Source of the DNA: Chryseolinea sp.
GTDB taxonomy: Bacteria; Bacteroidota; Bacteroidia; Cytophagales; Cyclobacteriaceae
DNA: 64,000 nucleotides
Direction: 5' to 3'
Assembly (NCBI GenBank): GCA_041742155.1
Contig: JBGSJE010000016.1
Coordinates: forward strand, 248,293-312,292
The translations under genes were made by a program, and so were the position numbers. Below the pieces are notes generated by a model that was given only the letters and a program-made list of their open reading frames with translations, ran no database searches and had not been told where the DNA came from. This document shows, piece by piece, positions 9,758 through 17,832 of the stretch (position 1 is the stretch's first letter; every line of letters begins with the position of its first letter).

Positions 9758-10825
9758 TTATTTAATGATCTGGATAAGTGAGTTGTCCGCCAAATACGCG
9801 CTACCTGAAATGATCAGAGCGCTTCCGTCCTCGAGCCCGCTGCTGAGGCGGATCGTTTTTCCGTCGAAAGATTCTATGGTGACGGGTTGTTTGCGGGCTA
9901 CCTTGTTGTCGGAAGTAACGAATACAAATCCTTCATTGCCGTTAGCATCAAGCACTGCTTCGTATGGAACACTCCAGGTGGAAAGCGCGATGCCTGTTTG
10001 AACCTGGGCGGAGCCGAACATACCCGTAGCAAGCCTGGCGCCGTCATTCTTCAGCAGCAACTCAACGGTAAAGGCACCGGTCACCGGATCGGATGTTTCG
10101 GATTTTCGTGTCACGGTCGCCTGAAAAATATGATCCGGGATCGCATCGATCTTTACGGAGGCTTTATCCTTCAGTGTAACCGACGCCCATTGTTTGTCAC
10201 TCACGCCGATCTTCAGTATCCAGTTCCCCTGGGTGGCGGCGTTGGTGAGCAGGATCGGATCGCCGGCACTTACAACCTGGCCGGCATTCACAAATTTTTT
10301 CAACACGTATCCGTTCGCGGGGGCATGGATTTCGGAAAAACCACGATTGAACGACGTTGCCTGCAGTTGCTCCTTCGCGACGGACAAAGCGGTCTCCGAA
10401 TTTTGCAGCTGTTCCAGGGTCGCCACACTATCCTTGTATAAATTGGTGGTGCGCTGAAAATCACGCTGTGCTTTTTCATAGGCGAAACGCGCCTGTGAAA
10501 CCCAGGCGTTGATCTCCGTCAGGTCAAGTTTAGCCAACAGTTGACCTTTCCGGATCGGGTCGCCTTCCTTCACAAAGACGGCGCTGACAATGCCGCTGAT
10601 CTTAAATCCAAGGACCGCTTCATCTTCCGTGGTCAGTTGTCCGGAAGCAGTGATCACGGGTGTGGCTGCGGTTTTTTCCACTTGAATTGTTCTGACAGGA
10701 ACTGGGGCCGACGTCTTAGGAATTGCGTTGGTAGCGCTCTTTCCATCCGTGCAGGATTGAAAAAATACAGCTGTCATGGCCATCAGTGTCGATGACAGGA
10801 TAACGTTGATCGGATAATTTTTCAT
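9758..10825 (-). CDS. Efflux RND periplasmic adaptor (MFP/HlyD family)
   Basis: 355 aa with a lipoprotein-like N-terminus (FFQSC). Has a biotinyl-lipoyl-like fold and a coiled-coil segment (YEKAQRDFQRTTNLYKDSVATLEQLQ). Located between the TolC and RND genes. Confidence 0.85.
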   Translation of the reverse strand: MKNYPINVILSSTLMAMTAVFFQSCTDGKSATNAIPKTSAPVPVRTIQVEKTAATPVITASGQLTTEDEAVLGFKISGIVSAVFVKEGDPIRKGQLLAKLDLTEINAWVSQARFAYEKAQRDFQRTTNLYKDSVATLEQLQNSETALSVAKEQLQATSFNRGFSEIHAPANGYVLKKFVNAGQVVSAGDPILLTNAATQGNWILKIGVSDKQWASVTLKDKASVKIDAIPDHIFQATVTRKSETSDPVTGAFTVELLLKNDGARLATGMFGSAQVQTGIALSTWSVPYEAVLDANGNEGFVFVTSDNKVARKQPVTIESFDGKTIRLSSGLEDGSALIISGSAYLADNSLIQIIK

Positions 10826-10837
10826 GAGTTTGATTTT

Positions 10838-12211
10838 TTAAAATTCGAGGGTATATGAGGCGGTTTCGCGTTCCAGCTTTGCCGACGCTGTGAGCATTTC
10901 AAATAGTTTCAGGTTTTGCTGAAGCTGCGACGAGGTAAGCTGGTTTCGCGCATCCAGAAATTCGATCAGGGAGTTGATCCCCTGCTGATATCCTTTTTCG
11001 ATCAGGTGGAAATAACTTTGAGCTGATTTCAGCTGTTCGCGGGATGCGAGAAAATTTTGAGATGCAGTCCGCAAATCATTCCTGGCAACCTGCGCCGACA
11101 AATTGAGTTGCTCAGTAGTATTTTTCAGGCTCAGCTCGGTTTTCTGTATCTCCAGGCTGCTCTGCCGGATGGTTGCGTTGGTCCGGAAGCCCTGGAACAA
11201 CGGCATGGATAGTTGTATGCCGACGAGGTAATATTTCGAATTCTCATTTACCTTCCAGTCGGAAGCCTGTGAACCCAGGTCAAGGAACGCATTTACTTTC
11301 GGAACCCGCGTTAATTTATTCAACCGAAGTGCCGACTGATTGATGGCGGCAACGGTCTTCAACATTTTCAGTTCTTCCCGTTCTCCTGTTTCAAGCAACG
11401 ATGTATCCCCGACCGGCGCATCCGATGTTGAATAGTTTGTGTCGATAGCGGTGTCGAGATCCTTGTTCAGAAGAAAATTAAAATATTTCATTGCATTTGC
11501 CGCCCGGTTCTGCGCCGTAACAAATTCCGCCCTTACCCGCTCCAGTTCGCTTTTCGAGCGCAGGTAGTTCGCGGGCAGGCTTTTTCCGTTTCTCAGAAGA
11601 GATTCGTTGACCTCAACATTTTTCGTCACCAGTACAATGGCACTTTCATAGATCCGGATGGCCGATACGGCACCCAGGTACGTGAAATAGGCCGACTTGA
11701 TATCGTACACCAACTGACGGCGGTACAGATCCAGTTCATACTGTTTCATCATAACCTGTTGTCCCTGGATCGAACGGTTGAGATAGAGGTCGGTGTTGAT
11801 CAGCGGAAGGTACGTTTTGACCCGCGCATCATACTGATTCCTGGGGAAAAAATTTTGATTGACGTTCTCCACCTGAGGGAAAGCATCGCTTTGAGTGATC
11901 TGGTTAAGCGATGTATAAACCGGATTCAACAGGTCCCCTATGGGCAGGGCGATACTTCGGCCTCCTTCGCCGGAAGTATAATCCGCCAGCAGGTTCACCG
12001 AGGGCAGGAAATAACTTTTTGCAATCTGAAGGGATTGCTGAGCCTGCTGCCAGGACAGGTTCTTTTCCTGGAGCACAAGATTACTTTTCAGTCCTTCCTG
12101 GATGTAGGCGTCCAGTGGATTCTGAGCGCTTGCAGAAATGGTCATCACGACGAGGATGCAAGCCATGGCCCCGCGCATGAATGTCTTGGTTTTGAGGGTG
12201 TTAGTTTTCAT
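10838..12211 (-). CDS. TolC-family outer membrane efflux protein
   Basis: 457 aa. Signal peptide followed by two TolC-type repeat halves (LDAYIQEGLKSNLVLQ.., LRTASQNFLASREQLKSAQ..). Confidence 0.85.
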   Translation of the reverse strand: MKTNTLKTKTFMRGAMACILVVMTISASAQNPLDAYIQEGLKSNLVLQEKNLSWQQAQQSLQIAKSYFLPSVNLLADYTSGEGGRSIALPIGDLLNPVYTSLNQITQSDAFPQVENVNQNFFPRNQYDARVKTYLPLINTDLYLNRSIQGQQVMMKQYELDLYRRQLVYDIKSAYFTYLGAVSAIRIYESAIVLVTKNVEVNESLLRNGKSLPANYLRSKSELERVRAEFVTAQNRAANAMKYFNFLLNKDLDTAIDTNYSTSDAPVGDTSLLETGEREELKMLKTVAAINQSALRLNKLTRVPKVNAFLDLGSQASDWKVNENSKYYLVGIQLSMPLFQGFRTNATIRQSSLEIQKTELSLKNTTEQLNLSAQVARNDLRTASQNFLASREQLKSAQSYFHLIEKGYQQGINSLIEFLDARNQLTSSQLQQNLKLFEMLTASAKLERETASYTLEF

Positions 12212-12222
12212 TGAAAATAAAG

Positions 12223-12237
12223 TTTACACTGTTAAGT
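12223..12237. promoter_or_regulatory. Second copy of the TetR-operator-like box (TTTACACTGTTAAGT) in the tetR-tolC spacer
   Basis: 14/15 identical to the reverse complement of the core of the palindrome at 12912-12926 (TTTACACCGTTAAGT). Confidence 0.45.
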
Positions 12238-12253
12238 CGAACGGCAAATTTTT

Positions 12254-12892
12254 TTATTGTATGAGATTTTGGTGCATACGCTCCAACATCTGGTTTATGA
12301 TATCGCCGGCATTTGCGCTGAGGTTTTCCTGGTTTGCTTCGCTGATGACGGAGCAACGGCCCCGAATTTCGAGAGAGCAAATTCCATGAACCATAGACCA
12401 GCAGGTAAAGGAAAGGATCTCCGGGTCCATACCCCTGAAATAACCTTTGCTGATACACTCCGTGACCGTCCCGAACAACGCGCCAAACGCTTTATTTCCC
12501 TCTTCCCATTTTTCGTCGTGCTTATCCTTTGTCAAGGCGTTCATCGGGGACCTGCTGATGAACATCAGGTCGTAAAATTCACGGTTTTCCAGGGCAAAAG
12601 TAATGTAGGCCTTTGTGATGGCTTTCAGCCTTTCAAAGGGATCGGCGACGTTTTGAAGGGCACGCAGGTACTGGTTAAGCAGAATAAACCCTTCCTGGTG
12701 AAGGGCATAAAAAATATCATCCTTGTCTTTAAAGTGCAGGTAAATAGTCGTCGGGGAGTATTCGATTTTTTCCGCGATGTTACGGATCGACGTTTCTTCA
12801 AAGCCACGCTGAATGAACAGTTCTTTTGCTGCTTCCAGGATCTTACCCTTCAATTCCTCTTTCTGGCGTTCTTTGCGGGCTGCAATGGACAT
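12254..12892 (-). CDS. TetR/AcrR-family transcriptional regulator
   Basis: N-terminal HTH region ILEAAKELFIQRGFEETSIRNIAEKIEYSPTTIYLHFKDKDDIF. First gene of the efflux operon. Confidence 0.9.
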   Translation of the reverse strand: MSIAARKERQKEELKGKILEAAKELFIQRGFEETSIRNIAEKIEYSPTTIYLHFKDKDDIFYALHQEGFILLNQYLRALQNVADPFERLKAITKAYITFALENREFYDLMFISRSPMNALTKDKHDEKWEEGNKAFGALFGTVTECISKGYFRGMDPEILSFTCWSMVHGICSLEIRGRCSVISEANQENLSANAGDIINQMLERMHQNLIQ

Positions 12893-12905
12893 TTTTTTGG
12901 GTTTG

Positions 12906-12934
12906 TAATTTACTTAACGGTGTAAAGTAAATTA
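12906..12934. promoter_or_regulatory. Candidate TetR operator: perfect 10-bp inverted repeat TAATTTACTT-N9-AAGTAAATTA
   Basis: Read directly from the sequence. Lies 14-42 bp upstream of the tetR start codon (12892). Confidence 0.55.
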
Positions 12935-13046
12935 TTGTTACCGGAAATCGCAAAACATTTTTTGTAAACCTTTAAAAGGGCGTTAATTACCCTCGAAACA
13001 GCCACCCGCCCACTGAAAAATAGCAGTATGGTCACCTTTGCGACCA

Positions 13047-13295
13047 ATGATCAGCGGCCTGTTCTTCATCTTTGTCAAAAAAGCCATGATGATCCTCACA
13101 GCCATAGGACTTTATGTCGCATCTGGACTGGTATTCGGTATTGTCTTCGTCACGCGGCTGATCCGCACCGTGGATGAGGGTTCCGCCGGTTCGCCGTGGA
13201 CTTTCAGGCTTGTGATCCTGCCCGGCTGCATCGTGCTTTGGCCGATACTGCTATGGAAATATTTTAAAGTCCGTCGGACCGGCAGTCATGATTAA
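13047..13295 (+). CDS. Small two-TM membrane protein, unknown function
   Basis: Two hydrophobic helices (ILTAIGLYVASGLVFGIVFV and LVILPGCIVLWPILLW). Overlaps the next ORF by 8 nt (ATGATTAA). Start uncertain: TTG 13038, ATG 13047 or ATG 13086. Confidence 0.5.
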   Translation: MISGLFFIFVKKAMMILTAIGLYVASGLVFGIVFVTRLIRTVDEGSAGSPWTFRLVILPGCIVLWPILLWKYFKVRRTGSHD

Positions 13296-13668
13296 ACCAC
13301 TCAGGCGATATCACTTTATTATTTGGAGAACGCTGGCATTCGTGCTTCCGTTTTCTTTCGCCGTGGCAATCATTGTAAGACCGCCGGCCTCAGAAATCCG
13401 GGGTGAGGCAGCAGACGCGTTCTCAGCGGAACTGGCCATGCTGAATGACTCAACCGCTCTTGTTACGATAAACGTCGGAAAGCCGCTGGCCACTCCGTCC
13501 TGTGTGGTCTACTACGACTCGCCTGAAAAAAGAACGTTGTTGGGCAGGCTTGATCACCAGGGAGAATACCGGTTCAGGATCGAACGTCCGGCAGGAACAG
13601 TAACACTGAATCTCGTAGATGTCATTCATCAACAAACGATCCGGTCATTTTCATTACCCGAACATTAA
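13288..13668 (+). CDS. Membrane-anchored hypothetical protein (N-terminal TM plus about 90 aa extracytoplasmic domain)
   Basis: 126 aa with TM segment WRTLAFVLPFSFAVAIIV. Translationally coupled to the preceding ORF. No motif recognised. Confidence 0.5.
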   Translation: MIKPLRRYHFIIWRTLAFVLPFSFAVAIIVRPPASEIRGEAADAFSAELAMLNDSTALVTINVGKPLATPSCVVYYDSPEKRTLLGRLDHQGEYRFRIERPAGTVTLNLVDVIHQQTIRSFSLPEH

Positions 13669-13686
13669 ACAGCCATAGTTTCAATC

Positions 13687-14718
13687 ATGAGCGCATCTTA
13701 TCAAGCCATATTGTGGAACCGGCAAAAGAAAATATACGACCGCGTCATCGCGGCGTTCGTGCTGCTCTACCTCGTGACATTTGTTTCCCTTACTGTCGTT
13801 GTCAACCCCGGTGTAACACAGGAAACGCTGATCATTCGATCAACCGCCACATTGGCCATCTTGCTACTCCATGTCATCCTCGCCATCGGACCCCTGGCGA
13901 GGTTAAATCCAGTATTCCTGCCGTTGCTGTACAACCGCCGTCATCTGGGTGTCACTATGTTTTTTATAGGAGCCGTTCACGGCGTTTTTTCGATCATCCA
14001 GTTTCATGCCCTGGGAAACATCAATCCTGTCCTTTCGTTGTTCACATCGAACACCCATTACAACTCTCTCAGCAAATTTCCATTCGAAGTGTTCGGCTTC
14101 TTTGCGTTGATCATTTTTTTCCTCATGGCAATCACGAGTCACGATTTCTGGCTTCATAACCTGGGGCCACGGGTTTGGAAAACGCTCCATATGACGGTCT
14201 ACGCTGCTTACGCCCTGATCGTTCTCCATGTGCTCCTGGGCATTTTGCAGTATGAAACGTCGCCCGTACTGGCTACCGTTCTGGCTACCGGTATCGTAAC
14301 GATCGTTTCACTTCACGTTCTTGCCAGCCGGCACGAACACCGTTTCGACCAGCCGGTGACCGTCGGCCATGAACAATTTATAAAAGCCTGTTCGGTGGAT
14401 GATATAGGGGAAAAGCGGGCTAAAGTTGTTCATTTCGGAGCCGAAAGGATTGCCATTTTCAAATATAACAATCAGGTATCGGCGGTCTCCAATGTGTGTA
14501 AACATCAACATGGTCCGTTGGGAGAAGGAAAAATAATCGACGGGTGTATTACCTGCCCGTGGCATGGATATCAATACCTGCCGCATAACGGAAGTTCACC
14601 GCCTCCATTCAAGGAAAAGGTAGCGACCTATGATGTGAAGGTGATTGGTCGTGATGTCTGGATTAATCCCCAGGCGTTCCCGGAAGGCACGGAAAGGACT
14701 CCCGGGATGTATGAGTGA
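13687..14718 (+). CDS. Fusion protein: ferric-reductase-like (MsrQ/YedZ/NOX-type) 6-TM heme-b domain plus C-terminal Rieske [2Fe-2S] domain
   Basis: Six predicted TM helices carry conserved His (LLLHVILAIG, GAVHGVF, LHMTVYAAYALIVLHVLLG). The C-terminus has CKHQHGPL...CITCPWHGYQY, a Rieske CxH...CxxH signature. Confidence 0.8.
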   Translation: MSASYQAILWNRQKKIYDRVIAAFVLLYLVTFVSLTVVVNPGVTQETLIIRSTATLAILLLHVILAIGPLARLNPVFLPLLYNRRHLGVTMFFIGAVHGVFSIIQFHALGNINPVLSLFTSNTHYNSLSKFPFEVFGFFALIIFFLMAITSHDFWLHNLGPRVWKTLHMTVYAAYALIVLHVLLGILQYETSPVLATVLATGIVTIVSLHVLASRHEHRFDQPVTVGHEQFIKACSVDDIGEKRAKVVHFGAERIAIFKYNNQVSAVSNVCKHQHGPLGEGKIIDGCITCPWHGYQYLPHNGSSPPPFKEKVATYDVKVIGRDVWINPQAFPEGTERTPGMYE

Positions 14719-14782
14719 AGGAATTGTGAGGGATATTGGCGTCCCACCCGGCAAGAGAAAAATCAAATAATCTGATACGGTT

Positions 14783-15631
14783 ATGAAAGATGATGAATTT
14801 TACGTGGGGTATATGTCCGAAGCGCCCACGCGTACAGCATCGGTGATAAGGAAGACCCTTGCTTACCTCGGAGCTCTCGTTGTAAGCATTGGTGCGATAC
14901 TGGTTTGGAGCCAGAAAAAATTCGCACCATCGGAATTTGAGTATGGCATAACTACCACCGTTGACGGCTATCTTTTTGTGGAACCTGTGCCGCACCTCGC
15001 TGTTCCATTGGGAACGTCGCCGGACGGAAGCCAGCTTTATGAGAACATTCTCCTCGTTGGTTCCGGCAAAGCGGGCGCAAAAGACGTCATCGCTGCGATC
15101 GCTCACACCACCAACAAAATCCTGGTTGGTTCGAGAGTACGGCTTGCCGGCTACCTGATCTATGGCGATGGGAAGACGATCCTCCAGGTCACAGCGGAAG
15201 ACAATGAAAAAGTTGAAGTTTCCTCTGGTATGGTCCCGTCGCCTCACACCGGCATAAGCCAGGGAAATCTAACGGTGACAGGCGAGGTCGTGGATCCCAA
15301 ATGTTATTTTGGTGTGATGAAACCCGGCGAGGGTAAAGCGCATCGTTCCTGCGCGATAAGGTGTATTTCAGGTGGAATTCCACCGGTATTCCATGCAAGA
15401 GGCTCAACGGACTATCTTATATTAGCGGATGAAAATTTCAATTCCCTCAACGAACGGATCCTGCCGGTCGTTGGTGATGAGATCACCCTGTCGGGGGAAG
15501 TCATCGGTTGGAATGACTGGAAAATACTTAAAGTGGCCGATAAAAGCATTAACGGCATCGTTTCTCAGCGTAAACTGGAGGAAATGTTGACAGCCTTTAA
15601 CAAAGGTATGACGCAATGCACAAATGAATAG
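14783..15631 (+). CDS. Membrane-anchored hypothetical protein with conserved-looking Cys motif (C-x15-C-x3-C)
   Basis: 282 aa. One N-terminal TM (LAYLGALVVSIGAILVW) followed by a beta-rich domain containing DPKCYFGVMKPGEGKAHRSCAIRCISGGIPP. Confidence 0.55.
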   Translation: MKDDEFYVGYMSEAPTRTASVIRKTLAYLGALVVSIGAILVWSQKKFAPSEFEYGITTTVDGYLFVEPVPHLAVPLGTSPDGSQLYENILLVGSGKAGAKDVIAAIAHTTNKILVGSRVRLAGYLIYGDGKTILQVTAEDNEKVEVSSGMVPSPHTGISQGNLTVTGEVVDPKCYFGVMKPGEGKAHRSCAIRCISGGIPPVFHARGSTDYLILADENFNSLNERILPVVGDEITLSGEVIGWNDWKILKVADKSINGIVSQRKLEEMLTAFNKGMTQCTNE

Positions 15632-15678
15632 GCTGATTATTTTAAAAAATATCAAACAATAATAAATAAACTGATAAC

Positions 15679-16368
15679 ATGAAGACCGTCATCATCACCG
15701 GAGCGTCCGGTAACCTGGGAAAGGCTTCTGTCGAAAAATTTCTCGCAGAAGGTTATAAGGTAATCGCCACTGTTACACCCGGGAAGACACTGGGTTTTGA
15801 AGTCAGCGGCGACGTTGAAACGTACGACGCCGACCTGACAGATGAAACGTCGGTCAGTGCTGTGATGGCTGAGATCATTTCAAAACATAATGCCATTGAC
15901 GCGGCGCTGCTCCTGGTGGGTGGCTATGCGCCGGGTGGACTCCGGGAGACCGATGGTACGGTTCTGAAAAAAATGTTTACGCTTAACTTTGACACCGCCT
16001 ATTTCGTCGCCCGCCCGTTGTTTGAACAAATGATGAAACAAACCGGGGGCGGACGAATCGTATTTATCGGATCCCGGCCTGCCCTTCGTCCGAAAGAAGC
16101 CAATAAATCACTAGGGTATGCGTTAGCCAAGTCGCTGGTATTCAAACTCGCCGACGCCCTCAACGCTGCGGGGTCAGCCAATAATGTTACGGCTTCCGTC
16201 GTTGTTCCGAGTACCATTGACACACCGGTTAACCGGCAGGCTATGCCCAATGCCGATTTCTCAGCCTGGGTGAAGCCGGAAGAAATAGCCGATGCAATGG
16301 CGCGGATCTGTTCCGGCGAAAGTAAGGCATGGCGCGAGACTGTTTTAAAGATCTACGGACGCTCATGA
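15679..16368 (+). CDS. SDR-family NAD(P)-dependent oxidoreductase
   Basis: TGASGNLGKA glycine motif at the N-terminus and a YALAK catalytic Y-x3-K. Confidence 0.85.
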   Translation: MKTVIITGASGNLGKASVEKFLAEGYKVIATVTPGKTLGFEVSGDVETYDADLTDETSVSAVMAEIISKHNAIDAALLLVGGYAPGGLRETDGTVLKKMFTLNFDTAYFVARPLFEQMMKQTGGGRIVFIGSRPALRPKEANKSLGYALAKSLVFKLADALNAAGSANNVTASVVVPSTIDTPVNRQAMPNADFSAWVKPEEIADAMARICSGESKAWRETVLKIYGRS

Positions 16369-16378
16369 ACCCTGGTCC

Positions 16379-17008
16379 ATGAAAAGAGGGTATATCAACA
16401 TTGTCCGAAATATCAAAAATAAACCTGTATCCTTCGATCCGGCCTTCAGGCCGGCGAATGACAGCCAGCGGATTCTTGCACTCCGCAGGTTTAAAATATT
16501 CAATACACCCTCGGAAGAGATCTTCAGCGCGTACACGGAACTGGCTGCACTCACTTTTAAAACTCCGATCGCCCTGATGTCATTTGTGGACGAGGAGCAG
16601 GTGTTTTACAAAGAGAGTTACGGAGTAAGCCGGACGGGCCAGGTAGTCAGCCGAAAGAACAGCCCATGTACACTCGCGATACTGAACGCCGAAGTCACGG
16701 TTTTCCGCTATGCGCTGACCGACCCCTGTGTTCTGGCCGATGAAAAAAAACGGGAAGGTGCAGGATATAAATTTTATGCAGGCGCTCCGCTCGTCACAAC
16801 GGACGGGTTTAACATCGGTATGCTGGCGGTAGTCGACCGCAAACCTAGAGAATATTCGGATGACGAACTTGATCGGCTACAAGAATTGTCGCTAGAGGTG
16901 ATGACCGAAATTGAATTCAGGTCGGCAGTAACAACAAACCTCAGTATCCCGCAGCTCAACAACCGGCTCAACAGGCTGCATTCACGGGTAGAAGCGTTGC
17001 GTCATTGA
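16379..17008 (+). CDS. Stand-alone GAF-domain protein
   Basis: 209 aa. FSAYTELAALTFKTPIALMSFVDEEQVFYKES...YAGAPLVTTDGFNIGMLAVVD fits a GAF fold pattern. No output domain. Confidence 0.65.
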   Translation: MKRGYINIVRNIKNKPVSFDPAFRPANDSQRILALRRFKIFNTPSEEIFSAYTELAALTFKTPIALMSFVDEEQVFYKESYGVSRTGQVVSRKNSPCTLAILNAEVTVFRYALTDPCVLADEKKREGAGYKFYAGAPLVTTDGFNIGMLAVVDRKPREYSDDELDRLQELSLEVMTEIEFRSAVTTNLSIPQLNNRLNRLHSRVEALRH

Positions 17009-17042
17009 TTTACATTCCCGGCCAGAGAGAAGCGGGATCTAC

Positions 17043-17654
17043 CTATGAAAACCAAAGCCACACAGCCACCGCTACCAGAATAAGACCCGAAAGAATGTAT
17101 TGCCCCTTCTTCGATCGTCTTTGAATGACCGGCGCGGCAATACCCGCCAGATATCCATAAGAAAGTAATACGAAAGTATCGATGAGGATTGCGACTACCC
17201 CAAACAATCCAACCTGGGGAAGAATATCAGTAGCAGGGTTAACAAAACCCGGTAATACCGTCACCCAAAAAATAAATGACTTCGGGTTCGATACGACTGT
17301 AAGCATTCCCTGCACAAAGTAACGGCCGCGCGAATCTGTTTTGAGTTCCTCGCCAGGGACCGATCCGTTACTAAATCCAGCCTTCAGCATTAACCAAGCG
17401 CTATACAATGTAAAAAGAACTCCTCCATACTTTATGACCTGAAATAGCTGCGGGAATTTCAGGAGGATCACTCCCAGCCCAAAGAGTGACAACACGAGAT
17501 AGATCAGATTGCTGGCGACGATCCCCAAAACGCTGAGGGTACTGCTTTTCATTCCTCCGTGAATAGACTGTGAAACAATCAACATGACGTTCAGTCCGGG
17601 AACCAGTGATATTATTAATACGGTAAAGCTGAAAACAAGAAGGTTATAATTCAT
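17043..17654 (-). CDS. LysE/RhtB-family amino-acid exporter
   Basis: About 203 aa and six TMs. N-terminus MNYNLLVFSFTVLIISLVPGLNVMLIVSQS is typical of LysE translocators. Start set at ATG 17654. Confidence 0.8.
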   Translation of the reverse strand: MNYNLLVFSFTVLIISLVPGLNVMLIVSQSIHGGMKSSTLSVLGIVASNLIYLVLSLFGLGVILLKFPQLFQVIKYGGVLFTLYSAWLMLKAGFSNGSVPGEELKTDSRGRYFVQGMLTVVSNPKSFIFWVTVLPGFVNPATDILPQVGLFGVVAILIDTFVLLSYGYLAGIAAPVIQRRSKKGQYILSGLILVAVAVWLWFS

Positions 17655-17779
17655 GATGGTGATGCGGCAGCAAAAATACAAACCTGGGGAGGATTCATAT
17701 AAACCGGAATGAAATATATTGTCTTATCACTCCTGCGGTCGCATTCCAATCGGCGCTTGTCCCATTCGTCGTTAAAACC

Positions 17780-17812
17780 AAAAAAAAAGGCCGCCTCATA
17801 TAAAGCAGCCTT
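17780..17812 (-). terminator. Rho-independent terminator after the SMP-30-like gene
   Basis: On the minus strand: AAGGCUGC-loop-GCGGCCUU (8-bp stem, one mismatch) followed by U9 (17780-17788). Confidence 0.65.
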
Positions 17813-17832
17813 GGTTCGTTCTTGTCGGACTG

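Noticed and set aside
12257-12925. 222-aa plus-strand ORF covering the whole tetR gene in antisense
   Set aside because: The minus frame carries an unmistakable TetR HTH. The plus-strand product is Phe/Val/Gly-rich, has no domain, and has no plausible start context.
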